DNA of 38,809 nt, from contig NC_068984.1 of assembly GCF_001194135.2 (NCBI RefSeq), positions 80,814,387-80,853,195 on the forward strand. Direction: 5' to 3'. The notes below the pieces were generated by a model. The model worked only from the letters and a program-made list of their open reading frames with translations. It was not told where the DNA came from and did not search any database. Position numbers and translations under genes: made by a program. Below, piece by piece: positions 12,209 to 25,006 of the stretch (positions are counted from its first letter, which is position 1; every line of letters starts with the position of its first letter). Source of the DNA: Octopus bimaculoides. Lineage: Eukaryota.

Positions 12209-13620
12209 TCGTTCTTTGGCGAGAGTGGATGTTTTCTTTTACTCTTGCCATAGCTTTTGGATTTACAAGATTTTCTAAGGAATTGAATGTTTATTTTTTT
12301 CGTGCAGCGTTACGTAAATTTATTTACAAGACAAGTTGAAAATTTATATAATTATTTTACCCCGCGAACAGAATGAAAAATAAATAAATGAATTCTCAAA
12401 AACGAAAACTTTTTCACAGACAATAAACAGAAATGTATAAATTATCAAAAAAATCTAAATTTTTCACGAATACTAAACAAAAATTGCCTCTAACAAAAAA
12501 ATATTTTTGAATATGGACAAAGCTCAAACTGAGACAGTGTCGTAACAAAATTATGTCCCCTTAATATTCGGTCTCCGTGACCGAAGAAATTGCTCAAGAG
12601 TGGGTAAATTATAATTAATTTATCTTTCTTTCACGAAGGGAGGAAAGCTTTCGCTGTTTCCCCGAAAGATCAATTAAGGGAACGTTTAGTCGATGTCAGG
12701 ACCATCACCTTGACTATCAGCCGGAAAAACCTTACCCTCTATCTGACCGAGAACGAAGTCCAATATCAGCTGAAAGCAGTGCACAAATTTTCTGCTAAGC
12801 TTTAATCCCAGTACAAAACCAGTATGAAGCAAAGGGATGAGTCAGGGTTACTGGCATTGATACTGAAACCCGGCTCATTGTCATCTTTCAATGTGGACAG
12901 ATGGGACACGCAGAGATCACGAAAAACACGTCGTTGGGAGAGATCAGCATGGACTTGTAAGATCATATGATCCCTCAGGATAACAGGGATATTTCAACGC
13001 TATGTCCCATTGTAGGTACAAAGACAGAGACAATACAGGGAATAAAGCCCAGTTGCTATACTTGTAAAACCAAGAGCTATATGAAAATATTCTCCTTCAT
13101 AAAGTAGGAAAGACGGAGAAAAATAGTGACTGGCAACAAGTAGCTTTCCAACAACATCGCCGATCGAAACTCCGGAAATGGTAGAAGAGGAAATTTACCA
13201 ACGCTCGGTCACAAAAGTGGGAGATACCAAAGCCTTTCTTCCTAACAGCAACATCCCATCAACTTGCGAGGATGATGACCAAAATGAGATTCATGGAGAT
13301 TATCAGACATTTGCAAAAAGTAAAAAGAAAAAGAAGAGAAACAAAAATAACCAGTAGATTAAAAAGTTTCTGGCAGGTTGGACGACCTTTGAGATTTCTA
13401 CAAGCTTATAGCTACCAGGAGCGGCAACAACGGTCTGTTAATTATTGTGTTGTTATGAGCTATAATATAATCATCTCTTCAATATGCAGGTAGACCAGAT
13501 TTTAGGGGTTGACTCCGAGAATGTATGAACATGTTACACATTTTTGCCTAAAGAGAAAAGTCGATACAGGTTCTTCTGGTCAGCCTAAAAAAGCGATAAA
13601 ATGAACGTTGGACGAGAAGA
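12209..13620 (+). pseudogene. Highly decayed gag-like ORF1 element (Tx1/L1 type)
   Basis: 13021-13105 reads IQGIKPSCYTCKTKSYMKIFS, one base change each from CX2CX4HX4C (H>Y, C>S). It is preceded by SVTEEIAQEW..FLSRR and ALIP...VRVTGI, similar to the 3657-4949 ORF1, and followed by a KSKKKKKR basic patch. Many stops; boundaries approximate. Confidence 0.55.
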
Positions 13621-13746
13621 GCCATAGGGTACTCTGATTCGAGGCTGACGGAGAGTGACAGATTGTTATCCACTCGAGTATGAGTAACAATCAGTGCCTC
13701 TGTAGATAACCGGAAAGATTATCTATGATTTAATATCTTGTGCTAA

Positions 13747-14192
13747 GGCAGCGTTTGACAGAATCATTAGCGCGTTGGAAATAATGCTTAGCGGCATTTT
13801 GTCCGTTTTTTACGTTCTGAGTTCCATTTCTGCCAAAGTCGATTTTGGATTTCATCTTTTTGGCTCGATAACATAAGTACCAGTTAAGCGTTGGGGTCGA
13901 TGTATTTGACTTGCCCCCTCCCTCGAAATTGTTAGCTTTGTGTCAATATTTGAAACCAATATTAAGTCAGTGAGCAAGACGGCAAACTGGCAAAATCGTT
14001 CCCACACCAGACAAAATGTTTAAGGGCATTTTGTCCGTCTTTACGTTCTGAGTTCAAATTATGCCAAGGTTCACTTTACCTTTCATCTTCTAGGGATCTA
14101 TAAAACAAGTGCCAGTTGATTACTGGAGTCGATGTAATCGACTTATATACTTTCCCCGAAACAGGTGGCATTCGTACCAAAATTCGAAGCCA
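13747..14192 (+). mobile_element. Two tandem SINE family A copies (13747-13963, 13978-14192)
   Basis: Full head-core-tail layout twice. Confidence 0.85.
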
Positions 14193-14507
14193 ATATATCA
14201 CGCTGAGATACATATACCAAACAAAATGTATAAAACACTTTAAATGTAACCGAAATACATTACACAAGGCAAAATATATCAATACAGCTTATATGTCATG
14301 TAAATGAAAAACGACACGTATTTATACAGAAAACGAAATATGTTTATATACTTTAAATGCAAACGAAATTTATTTATATCCAAACACACGTGTATTTGAT
14401 GTACACACACAGTAAGCACACATATATTAAAGGCTTGGCTCATTATCTCCCATGAGGGAGAATTCTCAAGTTTTGCTTGATAGTATTAATAAATTGTTTT
14501 TTGTAGT

Positions 14508-14965
14508 TATTGGTTTCAAATTTTGGTACTATGTCAGCAAGTTTAGGAGAGCGGGTAAGTCGTTTACATCGATTCTAGTGCTCTAATGGTACTTATTTTA
14601 TCGACTTCGAAAGGATGACAGGTGAAGTCGACCTCGGCAGACTTTGAACTCAGGATGTAACGGAAAGATGGACGAAATACCACTAAGCACTAACGATTTC
14701 TGCCAGCTCGACTCCTTAAATTATTGGTAGTTATTAGAATTATAAATAACAGAAAATATATATTTATAATAATGATGATAATAATTTCAAATTTTGGCAA
14801 ATGGCCAGCAATTTCAGGAGAGTAGGTAAGTCGATTACATCAACCCCAGTACTCAATTGGTACTTATTTTATCATTCCTAGCGGATTTTGAACTCTGAAC
14901 ATGAAGAGGGGCGATATGCCTTTAAGTATTTCGCCCGGCATGCCAACTTTGCCTTTCATCCTCGC
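14508..14965 (-). mobile_element. Two SINE family A copies (14508-14717, 14781-14965)
   Basis: Reverse-complement core GTACTTATTTTATCGAC...GTCGACCTCGGC...TTTGAACTC. Confidence 0.85.
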
Positions 14966-15074
14966 GGTGTCCATAAAATAAGTATCACTTAAACATTGGA
15001 GTCCACGTAAACGTTTTATCCCCTTCCCAGAAAGAAGATCATCAGCAAAATGGATTATTATTTTTATTGTCAAA

Positions 15075-15845
15075 GCGGCGAGCTGATAGAATCGTTAGCA
15101 CGCCAGACAAAATGCTCAGCGGCATTTCGAACAGCTATACATACTGTGTTTCAATTACCACCGAGGTCCACTTTGCTTTTCATCCTTTCGGGGATCGATA
15201 AAACAGTACCAGCTGCGCAATGGATCGATGTATTCGACGAGCTGCTTCCCCACTTATGTGCCTTATGTAGAAAGGATTATTATAAGTGTTAATGTGGCGA
15301 GCTGGCAGTATTCGTAGCACAACAGACAAAATGCTTAATGGCGTTTTTTCTGACTCTTTACGAATTATTATTATTATTGTCATTGTTGCTGATGTTGTTG
15401 TTGTACTAGTAGTTGAATTTGGCTTGAGTGGGTGAGCTTTTGATCTATCTTGTTATTGACTTATGATGAACTGTTTTATCCTCAGTGGATTTCCAAGTCA
15501 GAAACACGTTTATTATATAACGTCTACACTTCATTCCTCATTATTTCATTTTATTTTTGTGTTTTCATAATCTTTGTCTTGTCCAAACCCATATGTTTAA
15601 CGTTTATTGTATGATGGCTTATGACTAATAAAAAAAATTATTTTTATTAATGGATGGCGAGCTGGCAAAATCGTTAAAGCGTAAGACAAATATTTTGTGA
15701 TGTTTATTCTGGTACTTTACAATGCATTTCAACCTTTCAGAGTTGGCAAAAGAAACTACAGTGAAGTACTGTGGTCGATGGTGTCGATTACTCCTCCACC
15801 CCTCAAAATTTTGCCTTAGTATCTAAATCAGAAATCACCATTATT
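15075..15845 (+). mobile_element. SINE family A copies (15075-15290, partial 15294-15360, 15653-15845)
   Basis: GGCGAGCTG(G/A)(C/T)A heads and core sequences. Confidence 0.8.
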
Positions 15846-16958
15846 AGTATTGATCTGGGTGGATGTGTTTTTATTTACTCTAGTTATTGTCTTATGTTGA
15901 GCTGTTTTTCCCACGGACTTTCAAAACTGAATAATTTTATAACGTGTAAGCCTGAGAAATTGTTTGATAAATTTTAAAAGGTAGAGAGTGATGTTCACTC
16001 TTAAAACTTAACACTTACTGGTGCGTTAGATATTATCACATGTTTAGCAGATATTAACACATTCTGTCGCATTGGGAATTGTCGCCTGTTTTACAAGAAA
16101 TTGGATTAATATTCTATTACATGTTTTTTGTCGCGTAGAGCTGTTTTGCAAGGCAAATATTTTTATTCCAATGTTTTTTGCTTGCTTGTTTGGTTTGTTT
16201 GTTTGGTTAGTTTGCTTGTTGGTTTCTTTGAGAAGGTGTCGTTAAAAAGAACTATTTCTAAAATATTCGTATATTTTGTCGTTAATGTTTCAACTACATT
16301 TGTAATAACGACTAGTCAGTAAAAGCAGAAAAAACACAATTATGCACGTTTGAGTCTAAAAAAGACCTAATATTAAATAATTCTGAGAATGCGTCAGGCA
16401 GCAACAGCAACAACAATAACAATAGTACCATTGATATTCACACATTGACGCAAACGCCACTGAATGAGGAGTGCACATATGGAGTCAGTTTCGCCCAGAT
16501 CCTCTTCATCACCTTCCACATTGAATTTTTCAATATAAACAAAGAGCATTTCAAAATAGACATAGTGATACAACTCTGATGAATATAAATACATCCATAT
16601 AAATTGTATCTCTTTGCTCGAAGAATATATATTCATTTGCATGTACGGATAAAACTGACCTACCTTTCTCTCATGATGGTGGGAATTGCTTCATAATCTC
16701 AAAGAGAAAAAACAACTAAGGAAAGCCCTGACAGATATTTGTGATAGTATTTTGTATATTCAGGAGAGTAAAACCCTTGGATCCATATTCCTGATCTCCA
16801 AGACTGAAGATAAGAGTCAGATACAAGCTGAAACTCCGCTCATAAGCTTGTATTTCAGCACGATAAAAGTGTAAATAAGTAAAACTAAGAGAATGAAATA
16901 ATATTGCAAAATTCCGATTTCTTTTGGGTATCTCCTCGTATATATATTCCAGGTAATA

Positions 16959-17274
16959 GTGCATTACGGCCGTTTCAAGCGCTTTCATTTAATCGATCAA
17001 TGCAAACATTACATCAATTTGAAATAACCCATGTAATAACCCATGCAATAACCCATGCAAACATTGCATCAATTTGAAATAACCAATTTTCCTCGGATGC
17101 ATAAGACCATATAGGTTTCCAACATACAGGATACTCCACTCCATTATAATGGAGTGTCCTGTATGTTGAAAACCTATATGGTCTTATTCATCCGAGGAAA
17201 GCGGGTTATTTCAAATTGATGTAATGCTTGCATTGATCGATTAAATAGAACCGCTTGAAACGGCCGTAATGCAC
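16959..17274. mobile_element. 316-bp foldback/MITE-like element: long inverted repeats, no spacer, TAATA on both flanks
   Basis: GTGCATTACGGCCGTTTCAAGCG... (16959) is the reverse complement of ...CGCTTGAAACGGCCGTAATGCAC (17274). The arms match to a central perfect palindrome CACTCCATTATAATGGAGTG. TAATA occurs at 16954-16958 and 17275-17279. Confidence 0.85.
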
Positions 17275-17470
17275 TAATACTTGTACACCTTTGTTATTTA
17301 TTTGCTATATATATANNNNNNNNNNNNNNNNNNNNNNNNNNNNNNNNNNNNNNNNNNNNNNNNNNNNNNNNNNNNNNNNNNNNNNNNNNNNNNNNNNNNN
17401 NNNNNNNNNNNNNNNNNNNNNNNNNNNNNNNNNNNNNNNNNNNNNNNNNNNNNNNNNNNNNNNNNNNNNN

Positions 17471-17516
17471 NATACACACACACATACATACATACATACA
17501 TACATACATACATACA

Positions 17517-17547
<31 letters not shown>

Positions 17548-17560
17548 GTATGTATATATG
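17471..17560. repeat. (TACA)n microsatellite
   Basis: Tetranucleotide run after the gap. Confidence 0.95.
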
Positions 17561-18175
17561 TGTCGAGGAGTTAACAATATTTATCAATTACAAACATTAT
17601 TTCTATTTATTTTTCTTTGCTACTTCAGTAAAGCTTTCCGAGCATGTTTCGGACTTATTAATACCACATTACAAAAGCGTAACCAATAGGTGCACTCGCC
17701 AAAGTAATTATGACAGAATCACTAAGGAAATGCACAAGATTATACAGTTTCAAAAGTTTTGCAACTAAATATTTATTATATCTTACTACACTAAATCTAA
17801 AGTATATCTTGCTTCAAACCATAGATTTCTCTAGATGATGCCTCACTTTACCTGACACACATCGGGTAATACACCTGCTCTCTTTTTGTTTCAGTCAGTG
17901 TTGGTGCTAAATCTTTCGTCATGAAAGTGAAAATGACGTCAAAATGTATTGCCTAAAGATTAAAAGTCTATTAGTCAAAGGGTTTTTGTTTTCTTTTTTG
18001 TTTTGCTTTTTATTTGTCTGGTCTTTTTTGGTGTGGGGGGTGCTATCGAACTAAATAATGAAAAATAAAACAGTCATCCTAAACTATTTTCTTTAAAGTA
18101 TTAACACATTTAATAGATTAAGCATCTACAAGATATCTAAAATAAATATATAGTGATGAATCTTTTCAGCTCACT

Positions 18176-18456
18176 CAGGCGTAGCTATGTGGTAAGAAGT
18201 TTGCTTCCCAACCACATGGTTCCGGATTCAGTCCCACTGCGTGGCACTTGGGTGTCTTCTACTATAGTCTCGGGTCGATTAATGCCTTGTGAGTTGATTT
18301 GGATAAACGGAAAATGAAAGAAGCCTGTCGTATATGTGTATGTCTTTATGTTTCTCCCTAACCACCGCTTGACAACCAGTGTTAGTGTGTTTACGCCCCC
18401 GTAACTTAGTGGTTCGGCAAAAGAGACCAGGCTTTAAAAAATAAGTACTGGGGTTG
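18176..18456 (+). mobile_element. tRNA-derived SINE family B copy
   Basis: A-box-like TAGCTATGTGG, B-box-like GGATTCAGTCCC, and GTGTCTTCTACTATAG core. Homologous to 32618-32798. Confidence 0.85.
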
Positions 18457-19012
18457 NNNNNNNNNNNNNNNNNNNNNNNNNNNNNNNNNNNNNNNNNNNN
18501 NNNNNNNNNNNNNNNNNNNNNNNNNNNNNNNNNNNNNNNNNNNNNNNNNNNNNNNNNNNNNNNNNNNNNNNNNNNNNNNNNNNNNNNNNNNNNNNNNNNN
18601 NNNNNNNNNNNNNNNNNNNNNNNNNNNNNNNNNNNNNNNNNNNNNNNNNNNNNNNNNNNNNNNNNNNNNNNNNNNNNNNNNNNNNNNNNNNNNNNNNNNN
18701 NNNNNNNNNNNNNNNNNNNNNNNNNNNNNNNNNNNNNNNNNNNNNNNNNNNNNNNNNNNNNNNNNNNNNNNNNNNNNNNNNNNNNNNNNNNNNNNNNNNN
18801 NNNNNNNNNNNNNNNNNNNNNNNNNNNNNNNNNNNNNNNNNNNNNNNNNNNNNNNNNNNNNNNNNNNNNNNNNNNNNNNNNNNNNNNNNNNNNNNNNNNN
18901 NNNNNNNNNNNNNNNNNNNNNNNNNNNNNNNNNNNNNNNNNNNNNNNNNNNNNNNNNNNNNNNNNNNNNNNNNNNNNNNNNNNNNNNNNNNNNNNNNNNN
19001 NTTCTTTTCATT

Positions 19013-19017
<5 letters not shown>

Positions 19018-19048
<31 letters not shown>
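19018..19048. repeat. (CT)n microsatellite
   Basis: Dinucleotide run. Confidence 0.95.
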
Positions 19049-19051
<3 letters not shown>

Positions 19052-19059
19052 AAGAAATC

Positions 19060-19300
19060 GATGCTATTTAGTACTGGATAGGGATAGGCTGCAACAAGTT
19101 TTAGAAAATTGTCACGACGTCGTCCGTCCAACTCCACCAGGTGTTAAGGGTACAAGGAATGAAGGATATTGATATGCATAAACAGGATCATTACATTTCA
19201 TCTGCCATCATATATACTGATCACTTCAAAGTCTTACCGAGTAGAATATGCATCGCTAAGGAAGCCTGTTAAAGCTGAAACATGTACATAACTTTACCCA
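19060..19300 (-). mobile_element. Decayed CR1/L2-type LINE ORF2 C-terminal fragment
   Basis: Minus strand reads ...VYAYQY/SFIPCTLNTWWSWTDDVV, resembling the YxYSFFPRTIxxWNxLPxxVV terminal motif of CR1/L2-group ORF2. Confidence 0.45.
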
Positions 19301-19964
19301 GTCTTTAAAAACAAGATCTTTTATTTGCGTCATCGTTTTTTTTTTTTGTTTTTTCAAAAAATTTAATTACACTGACACTACTTTAATTATCTCACTCGTT
19401 TGCATTTTTTTAAAGTCTCAAGCACCCGTAAAGATAGATTATATCTACTAGTAACACGGATAATTTTATCTAATTTGAGTTTTTCAACTCGATATATTAC
19501 GCTCCATATCTTATTTAGTCTGCAGAATTATNNNNNNNNNNNNNNNNNNNNNNNNNNNNNNNNNNNNNNNNNNNNNNNNNNNNNNNNNNNNNNNNNNNNN
19601 NNNNNNNNNNNNNNNNNNNNNNNNNNNNNNNNNNNNNNNNNNNNNNNNNNNNNNNNNNNNNNNNNNNNNNNNNNNNNNNNNNNNNNNNNNNNNNNNNNNN
19701 NNNNNNNNNNNNNNNNNNNNNNNNNNNNNNNNNNNNNNNNNNNNNNNNNNNNNNNNNNNNNNNNNNNNNNNNTATATATAAAGTAAAGTTGTATTCTGAG
19801 TTAATGTTCCACCACTATTGAAATTATGTTTCATTGTTCCTGGGTCGATAGATAAAATACTAGGTAAGTAATGAGATGGAGTCAGTTTAATGTATTACAA
19901 GCTCCCACTAACTTTGTGGTTTTGTGCTAATGCTAAATATCAATACTATAACGTACCAAAACGA

Positions 19965-20615
19965 GGCAGAGTGCTGACAGAATTGTTAGCATGTCAAGCA
20001 ACATAATTAGCGGCATTTTTTCATATTCTTTAGGTTCTGAATTCAAATTCTGTCGCGGTCGGCTTTGCCTTTCATCCTTTTCCTTGTCGATAAAATAATT
20101 ACTGGCTTTATATCTAGATTAAAAGGAATTTTAATGTAGCGCGATTAAAATTTAATTGATCGATATGGTTATAAAATAGGAGAATTGGTAGAACGTCAGG
20201 CTAGTGTTTAGTCCTATTGCTTTATGTTCTGAGATTAGATCCCACCAGAGTTGCCCTTTCTTTCATCATTAGAGAATCCTATGAAATAAAGTACTAAAAA
20301 TGAATAAGTATTGTCTCGATGTGAACGACTTTACCTATCGCCTGTAAATATATGACCTCAAAGTTATGGTAGAATCTAATATCACTTTTAACCAGTGAAA
20401 TATACTTTCTATCCATAGGAGCAAGGCCTGAAATTTGGGTGGTGGGAGGATAGTCGGTTACACTGATCGAAGCGCTCAACTGCTACTTCGTTTATCGACC
20501 TCGAAAGGATGAAAGGCAAAGTCGACTTCAGCGGAATTTGAACTCAGAACGTAAAGCTGGAAGAAATGCCGCCAAGCTTTGTATTCGACGTGCTAACGAC
20601 TCTGCCAGCTCGTTA
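19965..20615. mobile_element. SINE family A copies (plus: ~19965-20100 and ~20170-20295; minus: 20404-20612)
   Basis: Family core in both orientations. Confidence 0.8.
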
Positions 20616-20859
20616 TTTATAAGCAGTGAAATTATGATTTAATTGACAGTTATCTGATTTGTAAACGTGCTATTATAGATATAATTATTCGTTCACTTTT
20701 GCTTCCGTAATTTGGAAGTTTCGTCACACTGGCGGAGAAAAAGAACTATATATTATAAAGGTTAAATTGAATCATCAGAAAAGCATTTGACATCCACAAA
20801 GATAACCTGTATGAAGAAAATATTGTAAGGAAAACGAGGGAACCTTAGTGCATTTCTAA

Positions 20860-22180
20860 TAGTTGTACGAGGCCTGATATTTTGGGGAGAGGTGTACAGC
20901 TGATGAAATCAACCGCTTGATCGAAAGTACTGTGGGGGGGATAGGAACACAGATCGTAAAGCGTTGTAACTCAATTTTTCAAAGCATTTTGTCCGACACT
21001 GTACCAAATCTGCACTTCACAGCCTTGGGGAAGCCTCTATTCGATCGGTTGATCTGCTGAAAAAGACGATCAAATATCCACTAAGTCACTACTCCACCAT
21101 CTTAAAAACTTAAGAAAATATTACATGATTAAGTCCCAGATAGACAAGATGTATAAGAGATTTTCATGGTTCGAAAGTCTTCCATCACGAGGTAGTTCAG
21201 TTGAGGGTTAACACTGCGACAACAACAATATTCACAAATAATAAATCAGTTTTAGCATTCAGATAGGAATAGCATTCTTTTTAATTTGATTTATTTCTAG
21301 CGTCAGCATCATTGTCATCATTGTCTCATTATTATCCGCTGCTGCAGCTATAATCGCCAACTCTTGGAACGTAGATGGTTTAACCGAGTTTTCTAGAATT
21401 TTTTTTTTTTTTTTTCTTGCGTCAGTTGAATCTTCTAACCTTTTTGATATCTTAGACACAGTGTGATCTCCCATGACCCTCATACGGGATAGAGTAGTCA
21501 TTCCAATATCGTAAATATTTTTAACATACACACACAAGACCACGCAATGTATGGGGTAGTTGGAGTCGACTACATCGACCTTAGTACTTAACGAATAACT
21601 TATATTATGACCCCGAAAAGATGAAACGCGAAACTGACCTCGGCATGATTTGAAATCTATGCGTGACGAACCGTTACTAAATACCCACAAGACATTTCGA
21701 TAGATGTTCTAACAATTCGTCTAACTCACTAACTTAATATTCTTTCGTACTTTGACACAAGGTCAGCAATTTTGAGGGGATGGAGAAGTTGATTACATCG
21801 ACGCCGAAAGGAGGAAAGACAATAATCCGTCTTTACGTTCTGAGTTCAAATTCCGCCAAGGCTGACTTTACTTTCATCTTTTCTGGGTCGATAAAATAAG
21901 TACCAGTTGAACACTGGGGTCGATGTAATCGACTTACCTCTGCCGTCAATATTTTTGGCCTTGTGCCAAAATTTGAAACCAATATTAATATTGCTTTTTT
22001 TTTTTTTAATAGACACAACGCTTCTAGGGTAGTTGTGTATGGTTGATTATATTGATTCCATTTCTTGTTAGATTTTTTTTTGTAATATATAAGCCCTGGA
22101 AGGATTAAAGATATTTTTATTCTCAGTGAAATTTGAATTCAGAACATTAAGGCCCTCCGGTATTCTATCGATTCAATAAA
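20860..22180. mobile_element. Patchwork of SINE fragments (family A at ~20860-21030 -, 21545-21730 -, 21742-21810 -, 21825-21985 +, ~22020-22180 -)
   Basis: Recognisable cores. The 21825-21985 copy is well preserved. Confidence 0.7.
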
Positions 22181-22489
22181 TTCACTATCCTTAATATATT
22201 AATATAAATGGGACTTTTTTTTATGAATGCGTGACGTTTTTAAGAAATTTTACCAGCATATATTAGCTGGAGGAGTGACTCTCCGTGGTCGCCCACCATG
22301 TTAGAAATGATAGCGAAATTTCCCTTGAATCATACTCTTGGAAACAACACATCAGATTTTATAGCTCTCTATAAAATCTATAAAAGTGAAAAATAAACAT
22401 GTGATGGTGATAGTAACGATTGGGACATCTTTTATCATCGGTCTGTTAATCAGGGGCTGCTTTGAGAATAAACAACTACTACTAGAACT

Positions 22490-22685
22490 AGTACCGCACT
22501 GAACCACCACAATCACCACCGCCATTGCCACCACCGCTACTACTACTACTGCCATCACCAACATTACCACTACTACTACTATCACATTAACAACACCACT
22601 ACCACCATTACCACTACTACAACCAACGTTACTACTACTACTACATTTGTCGCTGCAACAACTACTACTGATGATGTGGATGATG
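22490..22685. repeat. Compound (ACT)/(ACC) low-complexity tract
   Basis: Imperfect trinucleotide runs. Confidence 0.85.
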
Positions 22686-22876
22686 ACACTTTCGCAGCTG
22701 CAAAGTGAGATAATCATGGTTGAAAGAAATGAGTGACGCTTCCAAGTTCATTTACAACTGTCGCAGCTGCTAACTCTATTTGAGATGACAAACCAAGGAA
22801 ATGGCCCCCACCAGAGCTCGCTCGATAAAAGTGTAACATCTTCCAACTAAATCTTCACACTAATCTGCCATCTCAA

Positions 22877-22942
22877 TATAAAGTAAAAGTTATACTTTTA
22901 TAAAATAATCCTAAATTATTCACATATTTCTGCCAATTTTAT
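22877..22942 (-). pseudogene. trnL1: Mitochondrial tRNA-Leu(CUN), anticodon UAG, within the NUMT
   Basis: The reverse complement ATAAAAT TG GCA GAAATA TGT G AATAA TT TAG GA TTATT TTAT AAAAGT ATA ACTTTT ACTTTAT A folds as a cloverleaf with one acceptor-stem mismatch. Confidence 0.85.
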
Positions 22943-24020
22943 TATATTATTTATAAAATTAATTAAAATAATTAATTATAACCAATCCTTTCGTACTAAA
23001 TCAAAAAACAAATTAATTTAAAAGATAAAAACCAACCTGGTTTTCACCGGTTTGAACTCAGATCATGTAAAATTTTAAAAATCGAACAGATTTACCCAAT
23101 AAAGCCTCTACACCTTAAGGTGAACTCTCAACAAAAATTACGCTGTTATCCCTATGGTAACTTATCTTCTAAGCAAAAAAACTTGGTTTATTTCCCCCAA
23201 AAATTATACAATTAAGGAAGTTACAAATAACCTAAAAAAATTTATTCCTTGATTACNNNNNNNNNNNNNNNNNNNNNNNNNNNNNNNNNNNNNNNNNNNN
23301 NNNNNNNNNNNNNNNNNNNNNNNNNNNNNNNTAAACAATAATAAAAGCTCAATAGGGTCTTTTCGTTCCTTTAAACAATTTAAGCTTTTTCACTATAGAA
23401 AGTAATTTCCAATAAATAAAATAGAGACAGTCAAATTTTCGTCAAACCATTCATTCTAGACCCAATTTACAGAGCAAATTAATATGCTACCTTAGTACAG
23501 TTATAATACCGCAGCTGTTAAATATTAATCACCGAGCAGGCCCAACTCTCTATTAAAAAAACTCAAAGACATGATTTTGATAAACAGGCGAAATTAATTT
23601 TTGCCAATTTCCTTTACTTTACTTAATTTATAACATGTATATACATATATTAATAACCTTAAAATTTCAGTATATTAAATTCCTAACCTAATAAATATAC
23701 TCAACACAATAATACTCTTTTCAANNNNNNNNNNAAATTTCAGTATATTAAATTCCTAACCTAATAAATATACTCAACACAATAATACTCTTTTCAACAT
23801 TATATTTTTCTTTAACCAATTCAAAGAAATTTATTTAATTAATTATAAAGAAATTCTATTTAACCCAAATATATTAAAATATCAATTAAGAAAAAATATT
23901 AATTCAACTTTAATTAAGCATTTAAGATTAAACAATCTCTTACAATCTATATATGAAGCTTATCCCCCAATATTTAAATTTTAAAAAAATACTTGATTAT
24001 AATTAATTTTCTAAAATCAC
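22943..24020 (-). pseudogene. rrnL: Mitochondrial 16S rRNA pseudogene (3' portion)
   Basis: CCGGTTTGAACTCAGATCATGT (16Sbr-type site, ~23048), TTACGCTGTTATCCCT (~23138), AATAGGGTCTTTTCG (~23350), and ATGATTTTGATAAACAGGCG (reverse complement of a 16Sar-type site, ~23571-23590). An internal deletion lies at 23120/23121. Confidence 0.9.
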
Positions 24021-24077
24021 ACCGCACAGTCCAAAATAAAGAAACATCGAAAACAGATAATAATAATAATAATAAAA

Positions 24078-24620
24078 TTCTCTGATGCAGTGCTAGACAC
24101 TGGCTCTCATGGCTTCTGATCTTAAGTTATTGGAAGTGTTATCATATACATGTTTTGTCTTGGTATAAAAGACTGGCTACAACAAATATTCTGCTCAATA
24201 CCACAAATTTGCTTGTCAGTTGCATGACCTTAACCAGTTGAGCATGCCCTTTGTTGGCTGACGATATGTGCATCTCTGATCACGCGCAGAATAGTGGAGG
24301 AGCATCACAGCCATGTGCTGAGAGGAATTCTCTGGGGTTTGTATAATTCACCTCTGGAACCATGGGAGTTTCGTTCAACAACCTTAAACAACCCTTATTC
24401 AGAGACCTTTTGTGCGGGATGGGCTACTCAACCTGAAGAAAATTCTAACTGGGCTGCACCTGCAAGGTGTTGTGCTGTTTATCTTCATATGAGATCATCA
24501 TATCACCCATATGTGGTTATGATGCATGTGCCTGGTGTATTCTTATCAGACAGGTAGTCATGATGGGTATATTGGGCTTTGTATATTTGTACCACGGTGT
24601 CACTTTGATGGCATGCATTT
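24078..24620 (-). mobile_element. ~550-bp interspersed retroposon-like repeat, copy 2
   Basis: Reverse-complement homolog of 5290-5890, flanked by AAT runs. Confidence 0.75.
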
Positions 24621-24632
24621 CTCTCTCACTCG

Positions 24633-24718
<86 letters not shown>
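24633..24718. repeat. (AAT)n microsatellite
   Basis: Pure AAT run. Confidence 0.95.
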
Positions 24719-24946
24719 CCTTTCTACTATAGGCACAAGGCCTGAAATTTGGTTGGAGGGGACTTGTCGATTACATTAAAACCAGTGTATCAGTGGTTCT
24801 TAATTTATTGATCCCGAAAGGATGGAAGGAAAAGTTGACCTCGGCGGAATTTAAACTCAGAACGTAGCGATGGGCGAAGTGCTGCTAAGCATTTCGTCCA
24901 GCGAGGCAGGTCGCTGCCTTAATAATTCTACCAATTCGCCGCCTTC

Positions 24947-24948
<2 letters not shown>
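24719..24948 (-). mobile_element. SINE family A copy
   Basis: Complete reverse-complement head, core and tail. Confidence 0.85.

Positions 24949-25003
<55 letters not shown>

Positions 25004-25006
<3 letters not shown>

Larger units (their letters stand above)
22846..24020 (-). other. NUMT (nuclear copy of mitochondrial DNA): partial tRNA-Leu(UUR), tRNA-Leu(CUN) and rrnL
   Basis: 16S rRNA motifs plus an adjacent tRNA-Leu cloverleaf in mitochondrial gene order, embedded among nuclear SINEs. The right boundary is approximate. Confidence 0.9.

Noticed and set aside
16640-16740. Possible minus-strand host exon ending at an AAG/GTAGGT donor; similar acceptor-like sites near 590, 5245, 7540, 33820 and 34345
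   Set aside because: No consistent open frame or recognisable protein, and isolated splice-like motifs are expected by chance in AT-rich DNA. RNA-seq would be needed.
23662-23797. Exact 63-bp direct repeat inside the NUMT
   Set aside because: Same 10-N gap overlap artefact.
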